The notes: generated by a model not told the origin, from the letters alone. Numbered from the stretch's first letter, positions 32,273 through 42,323 are shown. The stretch: 64,000 nt of DNA from an uncultured Chloroflexia bacterium (GCA_963734995.1 CAVTJD010000005.1:462014-526013), one strand, 5' to 3'. Program-made: numbers and translations.

Positions 32273-33139
32273 ATGAGCTACACGGACACGCTGCTCGCCT
32301 CGGGCGAGCGAATCCTGCGCAGGTCCCGGCAGCACTGGTTCGTGATGGTCTGGAATGCTCGCTGGGCGATCGTGGCCGTCATCGCTGCGCTGGGCCTGCT
32401 GATCGTCCGGCTCGCGGTGGGTGGCCAGAGCGCGATCCTCGACATCCTGGGCTACGTGACCGTGGCCCTGTTCGTGATCGGGCTGGTCGTCATCGCCTGG
32501 GGCTGGATCCGCTATCAGAACGAGGAGTTCGTGATCACCAGCCGCCGGATCATCCACGTGTCGGGCGTGGTCAACAAGAAGGCCTCGGACTCGTCGCTGG
32601 AGATGATCAACGACGCGGTGCTCACCGAATCGATGTTCGGGCGCATGTTCGGGTTCGGTGATCTCGAGGTCCTGACGGCGGCCGAGAGCGGTATCGACAA
32701 CCTGATGATGCTGCGCGACGCGAAGGCGTTCAAGAAGGCGATGATCGAGGCCAAGCACGAGCTGGCGCTCGAGCTGGAACGTCCGACGGCGCCCCCGATC
32801 CGGTCGACCGGATCGGGAACCGCGGTGAGTGCAGCGACCGCAGCCGGGCAGCCCACGCCAACGCCGACACCAGCGCCGACCCTTACCGGTGACGAGCCGG
32901 CGGCGGACACGGCGATCCCGGGCTGGGGCACGAGCGAGGCATCACCGGCGACACCCGGGCCGGGAGCCGGTGCGTCACCGGCATCCGCGCCCCAGGCAGC
33001 CCCGCCGGTCGCATCCGCTGGCCAGAGCAGTGGCGCGGTGGCGGATGCGCTCGACCGCCTGGCCGACCTGCACGATCGCGGAGTCGTGACCGACGAGGAG
33101 TTCGAGGCGAAGAAGCGGGAGCTGCTCGACCGGCTCTAG
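32273..33139 (+). CDS. membrane-bound bacterial PH-domain (YdbT-like) protein with C-terminal SHOCT domain
   Basis: It has two TM helices and a PH-like domain. The SHOCT motif is LDRLADLHDRGVVTDEEFEAKKRELLDRL. Confidence 0.6.
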   Translation: MSYTDTLLASGERILRRSRQHWFVMVWNARWAIVAVIAALGLLIVRLAVGGQSAILDILGYVTVALFVIGLVVIAWGWIRYQNEEFVITSRRIIHVSGVVNKKASDSSLEMINDAVLTESMFGRMFGFGDLEVLTAAESGIDNLMMLRDAKAFKKAMIEAKHELALELERPTAPPIRSTGSGTAVSAATAAGQPTPTPTPAPTLTGDEPAADTAIPGWGTSEASPATPGPGAGASPASAPQAAPPVASAGQSSGAVADALDRLADLHDRGVVTDEEFEAKKRELLDRL

Positions 33140-33198
33140 GGCTCGGGCCCGGTACCATACGCGGGTCCCAGGTTCCCCAGCGTGAGGCCAGGCTGCCC

Positions 33199-33833
33199 TT
33201 GCTCGACATCCAGCCGATCGACTTCGTCTGATCGCGATCTTCCTGCTGGTCGCGTTCCCGGTCCACGAGTTCGCGCATGCCGCGACCGCGTATACGCTCG
33301 GTGACGCGACCGCGAAGCTATTCGGACGCCTGACCCTCAATCCGGTCGCGCATTTCGACCCGATGGGCGGCCTGATGACCGTGATCTCGATCCTGTTCAG
33401 CCCGATCCTGTTCGGCTGGGCGAAGCCGACCCCGGTCAATCCGGCCAACCTGAGGGATCGACGGAATGGCGAGCTGTACGTTGCGCTGGCCGGCCCGATC
33501 TCGAACCTGTTGATGGCGGTTCTCGGGTGCGTTCGTCTCTGCGCCGCTCTGCTCGCCGCAGTACGCGGGCGGCTCTTCCACGTCGGGCTCTACACGGGTC
33601 TGTTCCTGTTCGTGTTGTTCAACGTGGCCCTGGCGTTCTTCAACCTGATCCCGATCCCGCCGCTCGACGGCTCGGTCGTGCTGTTCCGGTTCCTGTCGCC
33701 GAGCCAGGTGTGGCAGATCCGGCCCTTCCTGGCGCAGTACGGCATGTTCATCGTGATCGCCGCCGTGCTGGTGCTCGGGGCAGGCCCTGGGCACGCTGAT
33801 CTTCAATGTCTGCAGTGTCCTGGTGGGCGCTAA
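33199..33833 (+). CDS. small site-2 protease (peptidase M50) family protein; N-terminal start in a different frame (frameshift ~33225-33232)
   Basis: HEFAHA (HExxH) and NLIPIPPLDG motifs are present. The HExxH frame has no ATG/GTG/TTG back to the upstream stop. A TTG at 33199 in the +1 frame gives MLDIQPIDFV, and a single C insertion after ttcgtc (gtctga -> gtcctga) would join the two frames. Confidence 0.7.
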
Positions 33834-34303
33834 GGCCCGCCAGCTCCGTGTGCATCTCGTTGCCCGAGTGCATCCGGAGGAGCGTGTCGCGCTGGCAGCC
33901 TGGCTGCGACCGGCCGAGCTGGCGCTGTTCGACGGCATGCACGTCGCCGACCAGCGTCACGGGCTGGACGTGATGGCGTTCCTGCGGCGGACGGGCGTGC
34001 GCGACCGCGACGTGCTGGTCGCAGGCCTGCTCCATGACTGCGCCAAGGGCGACACGGGCGCCGGGCCGCGGATCGCGTGGTCGCTGGGCGAGGGGTTCGG
34101 CGGCTGGGTGGTCGACGTCGCACGATGGGTGCCCGGCTGGAGCGGCCCGCTCGACCGGCTCCGCGATCATGCCGAGGCCTCGGCGGCGATGCTCGAGACG
34201 GCAGGCCTGTCGTCGCTTGCCGTCGACCTCGTTCGATCACCAGGCAGCCCCGCGCGACACGCAGTATGGGGCCCGCTTCCACGCCGCGGACGAGGCGAGC
34301 TGA
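33823..34303 (+). CDS. HD-domain phosphohydrolase family protein (3' end/frame uncertain; runs in frame into scpA without a stop)
   Basis: The HD motif is MHVADQRHGLDV...LVAGLLHDCAKG. It has a GTG start. The alternative frame ends in a TGA overlapping the scpA ATG. Confidence 0.6.
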
Positions 34304-35169
34304 TGACGATCGCCGCATCGCCGTCGATCGCGTTCGGGGATGGGCGGCGACCCGAGGCCGCCACGCGGGTGACGCTGCCCGCGTTCGACGGGCCGCTGGC
34401 GCTGCTGCTGACGCTCATCGAGGCGCGCCAGCTCGACGTGCTGACCGTGCCCCTGGGTGCGCTCGCCGAGGCCTATCTGGACGCCCTCGCGACGCTCGAC
34501 GAGGACCGGATGGGGAACGTGTCGGCGTTCGTGGCGATCGCCAGCCAGCTGATCCTGATCAAGTCGCGAGCCCTGCTGCCGAGGCACACGGACGATGGCG
34601 CGGTCGCGCTGCCGGACGACGGCCCCGACCCCGAGGCCGAGCTCCGGGCGCGGCTCATCCTGTACCGCGCCTTCCGTGACGCGGGCGCGCTGCTGCTCGA
34701 CGAGGCGCAGCGGCGCGTGGGCCTGTTCCATCGCGAGGCAGGCACGGCACGGGTCGCCGGGCTTGCCGGTGCGCGGCCGGCCGAGACCGAGCCGCTCTCC
34801 GTCGCGCTGCTCACCGACGCGCTCGACGGCCTGGCCCGGATCGTTCCGCCGCCCCCACCACCGCCCGAGACGATCCGCCGGACCGTGACCCTGACCTCGC
34901 GAGCGGCGATCATTCGCGACGCGCTGCGCGGCGCCCCGGCGATCGTCCTGCAGGAGCTGCTGCACGGCGTCCGCGATCGGGTCGTGGTCGCGGTCACCTT
35001 CCTGGCCATGCTTGAGCTCATGAAGCGACGCGAGATCGTGGTCGAGCAGGCCGAGCCGTGGGGCCCGATCGTCGCGCGCCGGACCACGGCGGAGGAGCGG
35101 GCCGCTGCCGGGCTGCCGACCGTCGACGAGGAGGCGCCGCTGGACGAGTCGCTGGGGTCGTTCGCATGA
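34303..35169 (+). CDS. scpA: segregation and condensation protein A
   Basis: It contains PAFDGPLALLLTLIEARQLDVLTVPLGALAEAYLDAL. Confidence 0.85.
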   Translation: MTIAASPSIAFGDGRRPEAATRVTLPAFDGPLALLLTLIEARQLDVLTVPLGALAEAYLDALATLDEDRMGNVSAFVAIASQLILIKSRALLPRHTDDGAVALPDDGPDPEAELRARLILYRAFRDAGALLLDEAQRRVGLFHREAGTARVAGLAGARPAETEPLSVALLTDALDGLARIVPPPPPPPETIRRTVTLTSRAAIIRDALRGAPAIVLQELLHGVRDRVVVAVTFLAMLELMKRREIVVEQAEPWGPIVARRTTAEERAAAGLPTVDEEAPLDESLGSFA

Positions 35170-36017
35170 GCGGGCGGGAGCCGATGGATGAGGGCGACGA
35201 CGTGATGGCGGGTGGAGAGCCCCCGAGAGCCGAGGACGCCGCGGGCCGCCAGGACACCGTCGGCAACGAGGACGCCGTCGCTCGCGAGGACGCCCCTGAC
35301 GAGGCGGGCGGCGAGGCGGGCGCGGCCGGGGATGTGGCCGCTGTCGAGCTCACGGAGGCGCAGCTCGAGGCCCTGCTGTTCGTGGCCGAGAAGCCCCTGT
35401 CCCGTCGCGAGATCGCCACGCTCAGCGGCACCGACCGGGCGACCGTGGACGAACGGCTGGGCGACCTCGAGGTATCGCTCGGCTCGCGTGGCATCCGGCT
35501 CATCCTGACCGACGATCGCGTGGAGCTGGCGACCGCGCCCGAGGCCGGCGCGCTGATCGCGCGCTACGTCGGCGCGGATGCCGTGCGGCTGTCACCGGCG
35601 GCCCTCGAGACGCTCGCGATCGTCGCCTACCGCCAGCCCGTGACCCGCGCCGTGATCGAGCGCATCCGCGGCGTCGATTCCGACTACACGGTGCGCACGC
35701 TGCTCCACCGACGGCTGATCGTGGAGCTGGGCCGTTCCGACGGGCCCGGTCGGCCGTACCTGTACGGCACGGGGTTCGAGTTCCTCGAGCGGTTCGGGCT
35801 GACCTCGCTGGAGGAGCTGCCACCGCTCGATGTCGAGGTGGCGTCGCGGCTGGTGGACGAGCAGGCGGGTTCGGTCGCGGACCTGGAGCCGGGCATCGAG
35901 ACGCCCGGTGCCGAGGACACCGACACCGATGAGCCCGCCGTCGAGCCGGACGCACCCGAGGAGCCGCGGACAGCCGGACTGGCCCCCGACGCGGCAACCG
36001 ATCAGGCCGACGGCTGA
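35166..36017 (+). CDS. scpB: segregation and condensation protein B
   Basis: It contains LEALLFVAEKPLSRREIA and winged-helix repeats. It has the ATGA overlap with scpA. The N- and C-terminal extensions are acidic. Confidence 0.85.
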   Translation: MSGREPMDEGDDVMAGGEPPRAEDAAGRQDTVGNEDAVAREDAPDEAGGEAGAAGDVAAVELTEAQLEALLFVAEKPLSRREIATLSGTDRATVDERLGDLEVSLGSRGIRLILTDDRVELATAPEAGALIARYVGADAVRLSPAALETLAIVAYRQPVTRAVIERIRGVDSDYTVRTLLHRRLIVELGRSDGPGRPYLYGTGFEFLERFGLTSLEELPPLDVEVASRLVDEQAGSVADLEPGIETPGAEDTDTDEPAVEPDAPEEPRTAGLAPDAATDQADG

Positions 36018-36021
36018 AGCG

Positions 36022-36801
36022 GTGCCGGCCGAGCGGATCTCGAAGGTGCTCGCGGCCGCGGGTGTCGGCTCGCGCCGGGCCGCGGACGTGCTGGTTGCCG
36101 CCGGTCGCGTGACCGTCGACGGACGGGTCGCGACGCTCGGTGAGAAGGTCGATCCGTCGGTGCAGGAGGTGGCCGTCGACGGCCGCAGCGTCCAGCGGCA
36201 CCCCGGCCGGTCGATCTACCTCGCGCTCCACAAGCCTGCCGGCGTCACCTCGACGGTCCGGGACCGCCATGCGGCGACGACGGTCATCGAGCTCGTGCCG
36301 GCGGACCTCGCGGTCGGTGCCCGGCTGTTCCCGGTGGGTCGGCTCGACCAGGATTCCGAGGGGCTGATCCTGCTCACCGACGACGGCGACTGGGCCGAGC
36401 GGGTGCTGCATCCGCGGTACGAGGTCGAACGGGAGTACGCCGTGGCGCTCAGCAGCCCGCTGACGCGTGACCAGATGCAGCGGCTGGAGGCCGGCGTGCG
36501 CCTCACGGAGGGAACGGCCAGCGTGACCGGGCTGCGCCCGCAGACGCGGACCGAGGACCGACGGCTGGACGAGATCCTCGAGCCACCGCCGGATCCCAGG
36601 CTGGCGTGGGTACGGGTGACGATCCACCAGGGCTGGAAGCGCCAGCTCCGCCGGATGTTCGTCGAGGTCGGTGCGCCCGTACGGCGGCTCGTACGGGTCC
36701 GGATCGGGACGCTGCGTCTCGACACCCTCGCCACGGGTGACACGCGCCCATTGACACGCGCCGAGGTTCGCCGGCTGTCGGCCGTCGCTCGAGGCGACTG
36801 A
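36022..36801 (+). CDS. rluB: pseudouridine synthase (RluB/RsuA family, S4 domain)
   Basis: It has an S4 domain (ERISKVLAAAGVGSRRAAD) and the RsuA catalytic region (FPVGRLDQDSEGLILLTDDG). It has a GTG start. Confidence 0.85.
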   Translation: MPAERISKVLAAAGVGSRRAADVLVAAGRVTVDGRVATLGEKVDPSVQEVAVDGRSVQRHPGRSIYLALHKPAGVTSTVRDRHAATTVIELVPADLAVGARLFPVGRLDQDSEGLILLTDDGDWAERVLHPRYEVEREYAVALSSPLTRDQMQRLEAGVRLTEGTASVTGLRPQTRTEDRRLDEILEPPPDPRLAWVRVTIHQGWKRQLRRMFVEVGAPVRRLVRVRIGTLRLDTLATGDTRPLTRAEVRRLSAVARGD

Positions 36802-36849
36802 TGCAACCAGCCCGACCGGGGACCCGGCCGTGGCCGGTATCCTGCGGGC

Positions 36850-38520
36850 ATGCCCAGCACACCGGCTCCGCGCAGCGCACGACCCGGCGGTAGCCGCACG
36901 ACGGCGCGAAGGAGGCGTTCCGGGATCGTGGTCGCGCTCGATGGACCCGCCTCATCGGGCAAGAGCAGCGTGGGCGCTGCTGCGGCCGGCCGGCTCGGCC
37001 TCCGCTTCCTCGACACCGGGCTGCTGTATCGGGCGCTGACCGCGCTGGCGCTGCGCGAGAACGTGGCGACCGGCGACGCGGTCGGGCTCGTCGAGCTCGT
37101 GGATCGGATCAGCCTCACCGATGACGGGACCGGGCGCCTCACCCGGGTGATGATCGATGGCGCCGATGCCACCGGCGAGGCCCGCGGCCCGGCGGTCGAC
37201 GCAGCTGTGTCGGCCGTGTCTCGCCTGGCCCCGGTGCGATCCGCGCTGCTGGCGCGTCAGCGCGAGCTCGCGAAAACCGGCGACATCGTGGTCGCCGGGC
37301 GCGACATCGGAACGATCGTGCTGCCCGACGCCGATCTCAAGCTGTTCCTCGACGCGTCGGTGGAAGAGCGGGCGGCGCGGCGGATCGAGGAACGGGGGCT
37401 CGATCCCGCAGGGAAGGAGGCGGCAGCGGTTCGCGAGCAGCTTCGCGCCCGCGATGCACAGGATCGGTCGCGCCTGGTGGCGCCGCTCCGCGCGGCCGAC
37501 GACGCGACCATCATCACCACGGACGGGTACGCGTTCGAGCACACGATCGACGTCGTCACCGACGCGATCTCGGCGGCAGAGGCGGCGCTGAGACCGCGGC
37601 GCAATGCGACCAGGGAGGCGCAGCCACCCGGCGATGCACCATTGGCGAATGGCGCGCCCCCGACGCCCTCGCCGTCGGACCCGCCCCCGGCTGCCCCCTC
37701 GGCCTCGCCGCCGCCCGCGCCGACGGCTTCGCCGAGCCCGCCGGCCAGGGACTCGAAGCGTCCCACCGTGTTCGAGGTCGCGATGCGCCTCGACAACGAC
37801 CAGACCCTGCTGATCCGGATGATCGCGCTCATCTCGCGCATCGGTGCCCGTCTGTTCGCGAACGTCCGGGTCGAGGGCCTGGGCCGGATCCCCAGGACGG
37901 GCCCGGTGATCCTGGCGATCAACCATGCCTCGAACCTGGACTCGTTCGTGACCGGAGCCTGGATCACCCCCGCGCTGCGCCGGCGCCGGATCCACTGGCT
38001 GGGCAAGCGCGAGCTGTTCGAGTGGCCCGTGTTCGGCTGGCTGACCGCCCGCGGGGGCGTCCATCCGGTGGAGCGGGGAGCGGCTGACGTCGAGGCCTAC
38101 CGGCTGGCAACCAGGATCCTCGAGCGGGGGTACGTGCTGCTCATCTTCCCCGAAGGCACGCGCAGCCCGACCGGTGGCCTCCAGGAGGCCAGGGACGGGA
38201 TGGCGGCGCTCGCCATGCGCACGGGTGCCACCGTCGTGCCCATCGGCGTCAACGACTCGGACCGCGTCTGGCCGAAGCATCGCAAGATCCCGCTGCCGAT
38301 CCCGCGACGCACCGTGCGGGTCCGCGTCGGTGAGCCGTTCAAGGTCGCCGACCTCATCCCGGACGGGACCGATCGCCGGGCAGCCAAGCGGCTCGCCACC
38401 AGCGCGATCATGGGCCGCATCGCCGCGCTGCTCGAGCCACGGCAGCGGGGCTTCTACGCCGATGCGGTTCCCGCGTCCGACGATGGTGACGCCGGCACCA
38501 CGGACACCCCATCGGGCTGA
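36850..38520 (+). CDS. cmk: fusion protein: cytidylate kinase (N-terminal) :: Pro-rich linker :: 1-acyl-sn-glycerol-3-phosphate acyltransferase (PlsC/LPLAT, C-terminal)
   Basis: The Cmk P-loop is IVVALDGPASSGKSSV. The linker is PPTPSPSDPPPAAPSASPPPAPTASPSPP. The LPLAT motifs are NHASNLD and FPEGTRS. It is a single continuous ORF. Confidence 0.85.
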   Translation: MPSTPAPRSARPGGSRTTARRRRSGIVVALDGPASSGKSSVGAAAAGRLGLRFLDTGLLYRALTALALRENVATGDAVGLVELVDRISLTDDGTGRLTRVMIDGADATGEARGPAVDAAVSAVSRLAPVRSALLARQRELAKTGDIVVAGRDIGTIVLPDADLKLFLDASVEERAARRIEERGLDPAGKEAAAVREQLRARDAQDRSRLVAPLRAADDATIITTDGYAFEHTIDVVTDAISAAEAALRPRRNATREAQPPGDAPLANGAPPTPSPSDPPPAAPSASPPPAPTASPSPPARDSKRPTVFEVAMRLDNDQTLLIRMIALISRIGARLFANVRVEGLGRIPRTGPVILAINHASNLDSFVTGAWITPALRRRRIHWLGKRELFEWPVFGWLTARGGVHPVERGAADVEAYRLATRILERGYVLLIFPEGTRSPTGGLQEARDGMAALAMRTGATVVPIGVNDSDRVWPKHRKIPLPIPRRTVRVRVGEPFKVADLIPDGTDRRAAKRLATSAIMGRIAALLEPRQRGFYADAVPASDDGDAGTTDTPSG

Positions 38521-38576
38521 CGCCGAGGCGAAGGATCGCGGCGCGATCGACGGACGTGTGCGAACATCGACCGGCC

Positions 38577-39548
38577 ATGGGAAGCGTCCACCAGGTCCGT
38601 ATCGCGAAACGAACGGGGTTCTGCTACGGAGTCCGCGAGGCCATCGACAAGGCCAAGGAGTCCGCGGCGGCCGGGCAGCTGACGCATACCCTGGGCCAGG
38701 TCGTCCACAACGAGGGCGTGATCCGCGACCTCCAGAACATCGGGGTCCGGAGCGTGGATTCGCTCGACGACGTGGATCACGGCGCGGCCGTCGTCATCCG
38801 CGCACACGGCGTCAAGCCCGAGGTGTTCGAGCGAGCCGAGTCGCGCGGCCTGGATGTGATCGACGGCACGTGCACCTGGGTGATCCAGGAGCAGCGTCAG
38901 CTCCAGGAGCTGGTCGAGGACGGCTACACGATCGTCCTGCTGGGCACCCCCAGGCATCCCGAGGTGGTCGGTCTCCTGGGGTTCGCGCCGGATGCCATCG
39001 TGGTCGACGAGGAGGAGGACTGGGATCGGATCCCGCGTCGCAAGCGGATGGCGCTCATCACCCAGTCGACGCAGCCGCCCTGGAAGTTCGAGAAGCTGGC
39101 CGCCTTCCTCGTCGCTCGAGCCCATGAGCTCAAGATCGTGAACACCGTCTGCCCGGTCACGATCCGGCGCCAGGAGGACACCCTCGAGACGGCACGGGAC
39201 GTGGATCTGATGGTGGTCGTGGGCGGCCGTCACTCGGCGAACACCAAGGAGCTCACCCGGCTGTGCCAGATCGTCGGCACGCGCGCGGTCCAGATCGAGA
39301 ACGCCAGCGATCTCGACGACGCGGCCGTGTTCGAGGACGTCGGCGTGGTCGGCGTCACCGGTGGCACGTCGACCCCGATCGAGGATCTGCGCGACGTCGC
39401 CGAGCAGATCCTGCGTATCGCCGGCACCCCGGAGGCCGCCGACCGGGCCGCCGAGCTCGCACGGGGCGCCCTGGATGCCGCCGCGCACCCCGCCGGCCGG
39501 ACGACCTCGCTGCCCAGCCTGACCGCGACGCCCGCCGGCGCCGCCTGA
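38577..39548 (+). CDS. ispH: 4-hydroxy-3-methylbut-2-enyl diphosphate reductase
   Basis: It starts MGSVHQVRIAKRTGFCYGV, contains the conserved Cys residues, and has VVGGRHSANTKEL. Confidence 0.9.
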   Translation: MGSVHQVRIAKRTGFCYGVREAIDKAKESAAAGQLTHTLGQVVHNEGVIRDLQNIGVRSVDSLDDVDHGAAVVIRAHGVKPEVFERAESRGLDVIDGTCTWVIQEQRQLQELVEDGYTIVLLGTPRHPEVVGLLGFAPDAIVVDEEEDWDRIPRRKRMALITQSTQPPWKFEKLAAFLVARAHELKIVNTVCPVTIRRQEDTLETARDVDLMVVVGGRHSANTKELTRLCQIVGTRAVQIENASDLDDAAVFEDVGVVGVTGGTSTPIEDLRDVAEQILRIAGTPEAADRAAELARGALDAAAHPAGRTTSLPSLTATPAGAA

Positions 39549-39653
39549 TCGCCATGATCGGCCGCTCCGTTGCCCTGTCGGTGGTCGTCGTCGCGGGCCG
39601 AATCCTCGGGCCGATGGCTCGCGGGCGCGTCGGCTCGGCCCTCGGAGGGTCTC

Positions 39654-41219
39654 GTGGCTAGATCGCGCGGGCTCCCGGTGGTCGCGTTCGTGGGTCGACC
39701 CAACGTAGGCAAGAGCACCCTGTTCAACCGGGTCGTGGGCGACGCGCGGGCGGCGATCGTCGAGGACCGGGCACGCACGACGCGCGACCGCCTGTACGGC
39801 GACGCCGAGTGGAACGGCCGCCGGTTCGTCGTCGTGGACACGGGCGGCCTGGAGATCTCGACCGACGACCCGATCGAGGCGCAGGTGCAGCTCCAGGCGC
39901 GGCTCGCGATCAACGAGGCGGACGTGATCGTGTTCATGGTCGACGCGGCGTCGGGGCCGACGCCGGCGGACGCGGACGCGGCCGAGCTGCTGCGCCGCAC
40001 GACGAAGCCGGTGCTCGTGGCCGCCAACAAGGCCGACAACGAGCGACGCGAGCTCGATGCCGCCGAGTTCTACGCGTTCGGCTGGGAGGAGACGTTCGCG
40101 ATCTCCGCCGGGCACGGGCGCGGTGTCGCGGATCTCCTCGACGCGGTGGTCTGGGCGCTGCCGCCGGAGAGCGAGGCCGAGCTGGCGCGCAAGGCCCGGG
40201 AGGCCGAGGCGGAGGCGTGGGCGGCCGATGTCGCGGCGGGCCGGCTGGTGCCGTATGCCACCGGGGACGATGGGGAGGCGGCCGACGAGGGCGAGGGGGC
40301 AGGGGAGGGGCTCGACGAGGCGGTGGACGAGGCCGATGCCGCGCGCTGGGACGCGCTGATGGCAGCCGAGGACGACGAGCCACCGGCCATCGCGTTCGTG
40401 GGCCGGCCCAACGTCGGCAAGTCGAGCCTGCTCAACGCGCTGCTGGGCGAGACCCGCACCATCGTGTCGGAGGTGCCGGGGACCACGCGCGACGCCATCG
40501 ACACCACCATCCCGTGGGGTCGCAGCGAGGTCGTCCTGATCGACACCGCGGGCATCCGCAAGCGGGGCAAGGTCGCGTCCGGCGCGACCGCCGACCGGTA
40601 TTCGACGCTGCGGGCGCTCAAGGCGATCTCGCGCGCCGACGTGGCCGTGCTCGTGCTCGATGCGGTCGAGGGCCTGACGGCGCAGGACGCGCACGTCGCG
40701 GGCTACGTCGTCGAGGAGGGCCGTGGGCTGGTCATCGCGGTCAACAAGTGGGACATCGTCGAGGACAAGACCCACCGCACGTTCGACGAGTTCGCCGCCG
40801 ACCTGCGCCGCGAGCTGCCGTTCATCGACTACGCCCCGGTGGTCTCGATCAGCGCCAAGACCGGGCAGCGCGTGGGCCGCGTGCTGGAGCTCGCCGTCGA
40901 CGTCTGGGGCGAGCGTCGCAAGCGGATCCCGACGGGCGAGCTCAATCGCCTCGTCGCGGCGGCCGTCGAGCGCACACCACCGGCGATGGTCCGCGGCCGC
41001 CGCTCCAAGATCCGCTACGCCACCCAGGCCGGCGTCGCCCCGCCCACGTTCGTGTTCTTCGCCACCGACCCGGCCTCGCTGCACTTCTCGTACCGGCGCT
41101 ACCTCGAGAACCGGCTGCGTGACGCCTACGGTTTCGACGGCACGCCGGTGCGGCTCGTATTCCGGGAGCAGATCCGCGAGAAGCGCTCACGCAGCAAGGC
41201 CCGCCCCCGGCGTCGCTGA
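39654..41219 (+). CDS. der: ribosome biogenesis GTPase Der (EngA)
   Basis: It has two tandem G-domains (GRPNVGKSTLFN twice) and a KH-like C-terminus. An acidic insertion lies between the G-domains. It has a GTG start with a GGAGGG RBS. Confidence 0.9.
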   Translation: MARSRGLPVVAFVGRPNVGKSTLFNRVVGDARAAIVEDRARTTRDRLYGDAEWNGRRFVVVDTGGLEISTDDPIEAQVQLQARLAINEADVIVFMVDAASGPTPADADAAELLRRTTKPVLVAANKADNERRELDAAEFYAFGWEETFAISAGHGRGVADLLDAVVWALPPESEAELARKAREAEAEAWAADVAAGRLVPYATGDDGEAADEGEGAGEGLDEAVDEADAARWDALMAAEDDEPPAIAFVGRPNVGKSSLLNALLGETRTIVSEVPGTTRDAIDTTIPWGRSEVVLIDTAGIRKRGKVASGATADRYSTLRALKAISRADVAVLVLDAVEGLTAQDAHVAGYVVEEGRGLVIAVNKWDIVEDKTHRTFDEFAADLRRELPFIDYAPVVSISAKTGQRVGRVLELAVDVWGERRKRIPTGELNRLVAAAVERTPPAMVRGRRSKIRYATQAGVAPPTFVFFATDPASLHFSYRRYLENRLRDAYGFDGTPVRLVFREQIREKRSRSKARPRRR

Positions 41220-41261
41220 CCGCGCTAGGCTCCGGCCCGCCGCGATCTGCCTGCCCAGCGT

Positions 41262-42032
41262 TCAGCCCGACGTGGGAGCCTTGATCACGAGCGTTGGGTC
41301 ATTGACGCGCGTCACGTCGATCGACACGTCGGCGTGCTCGCCGGACGGCTGGGTGCCGCTGAACTCCATCGCCACCAGGTAGCCACCGTCGGTCGCAACC
41401 CAGACGTCGAGGCTGCCGTCGGCCGGGAAGTCCGTGGCGTTGAGCTTGCTGGCCAGCGTCGCATCGAGGTGGTAGTGAGCCGCCTGCACGCCGTTCTTCT
41501 CCTTGGTGTCCAGGAGCTCCAGGTTGCTGCCGTACTGACCCAGCGAGAAGCCCGAGATGATCGTGTCGGGGGCCAGAGCGTCGAACACCGACATCATCGC
41601 GTCGGCTCCGGCCGGGACCGGCGCCCAGGTGCTGCCCTGCTTGATCCATGAGCCCTGACCCTTGATGGTGATGAACTCCATGGACTGCTGGCCGCCCAGG
41701 ATGTAGTGCGACGCTGCAACCGGCTTCTTCGTCGCCTCGACCGTGAGCTTCTGCTGCTCGGAGCCGGTGGCGACGGTGAGCTCCATGTGGTACGAGTCCA
41801 GCTGGGAGACGTCGCCGGCAGCCAAGCCCAGATCCAGCGGATTCATGGAGGGCATCTCGCCTGCCGACGCCGGCGCGTCGGAGGCCGCAATGGACGGTGC
41901 CTCGGACGCCGCCATTGACGGCGCAGCGCTGGCCTCGCTCGGGGCCGAGGCGGGGGCGGAAGTTGCGCTGCCGCTGCCACAGGCCGCCAGGGCCATTGCG
42001 GCGATCAGGAACAGTGCGCCGCGGGTTCGCAT
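41262..42032 (-). CDS. secreted lipoprotein of unknown function
   Basis: The signal peptide MRTRGALFLIAAMALAACGS has a lipobox LAAC. It has an AAGGAGGA RBS. The listed ORF (to 42293) has a long upstream extension that is not used. Confidence 0.7.
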   Translation of the reverse strand: MRTRGALFLIAAMALAACGSGSATSAPASAPSEASAAPSMAASEAPSIAASDAPASAGEMPSMNPLDLGLAAGDVSQLDSYHMELTVATGSEQQKLTVEATKKPVAASHYILGGQQSMEFITIKGQGSWIKQGSTWAPVPAGADAMMSVFDALAPDTIISGFSLGQYGSNLELLDTKEKNGVQAAHYHLDATLASKLNATDFPADGSLDVWVATDGGYLVAMEFSGTQPSGEHADVSIDVTRVNDPTLVIKAPTSG

Positions 42033-42323
42033 CGGCGTCCTCCTTCGAGAAGCGTATCCATGCCGCGACCGGCCGAGCGCTGGGACAGCCGATCGATGGC
42101 ACAGGGGTCGAGAATCCGACCAATGGTCTTGGTTCACCGTCCGTTCGGCCGGCGGTGCGCGAGCGGAGACCGCCGTACGCGGCTCCGAATCGTCAGCGCT
42201 TCCACCCCTGCCGTCAAGGTTATGGGACGCTCGCGGCCAATGCGAGACGGGATGCCGGCCGGCGTCCCTGGTGCGAGACCCGGTGCGGATCACCGCTGGG
42301 GCGGGTGGTAGACTCGTCGCCCT

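Noticed and set aside
33823-35169. Calling HD::ScpA a confirmed natural fusion protein
   Set aside because: This sequence shows several independent single-base frame errors. The alternative frame terminates with a TGA overlapping the scpA ATG, which is this genome's usual coupling geometry. A fusion cannot be asserted without read-level support, so it is left as a finding.
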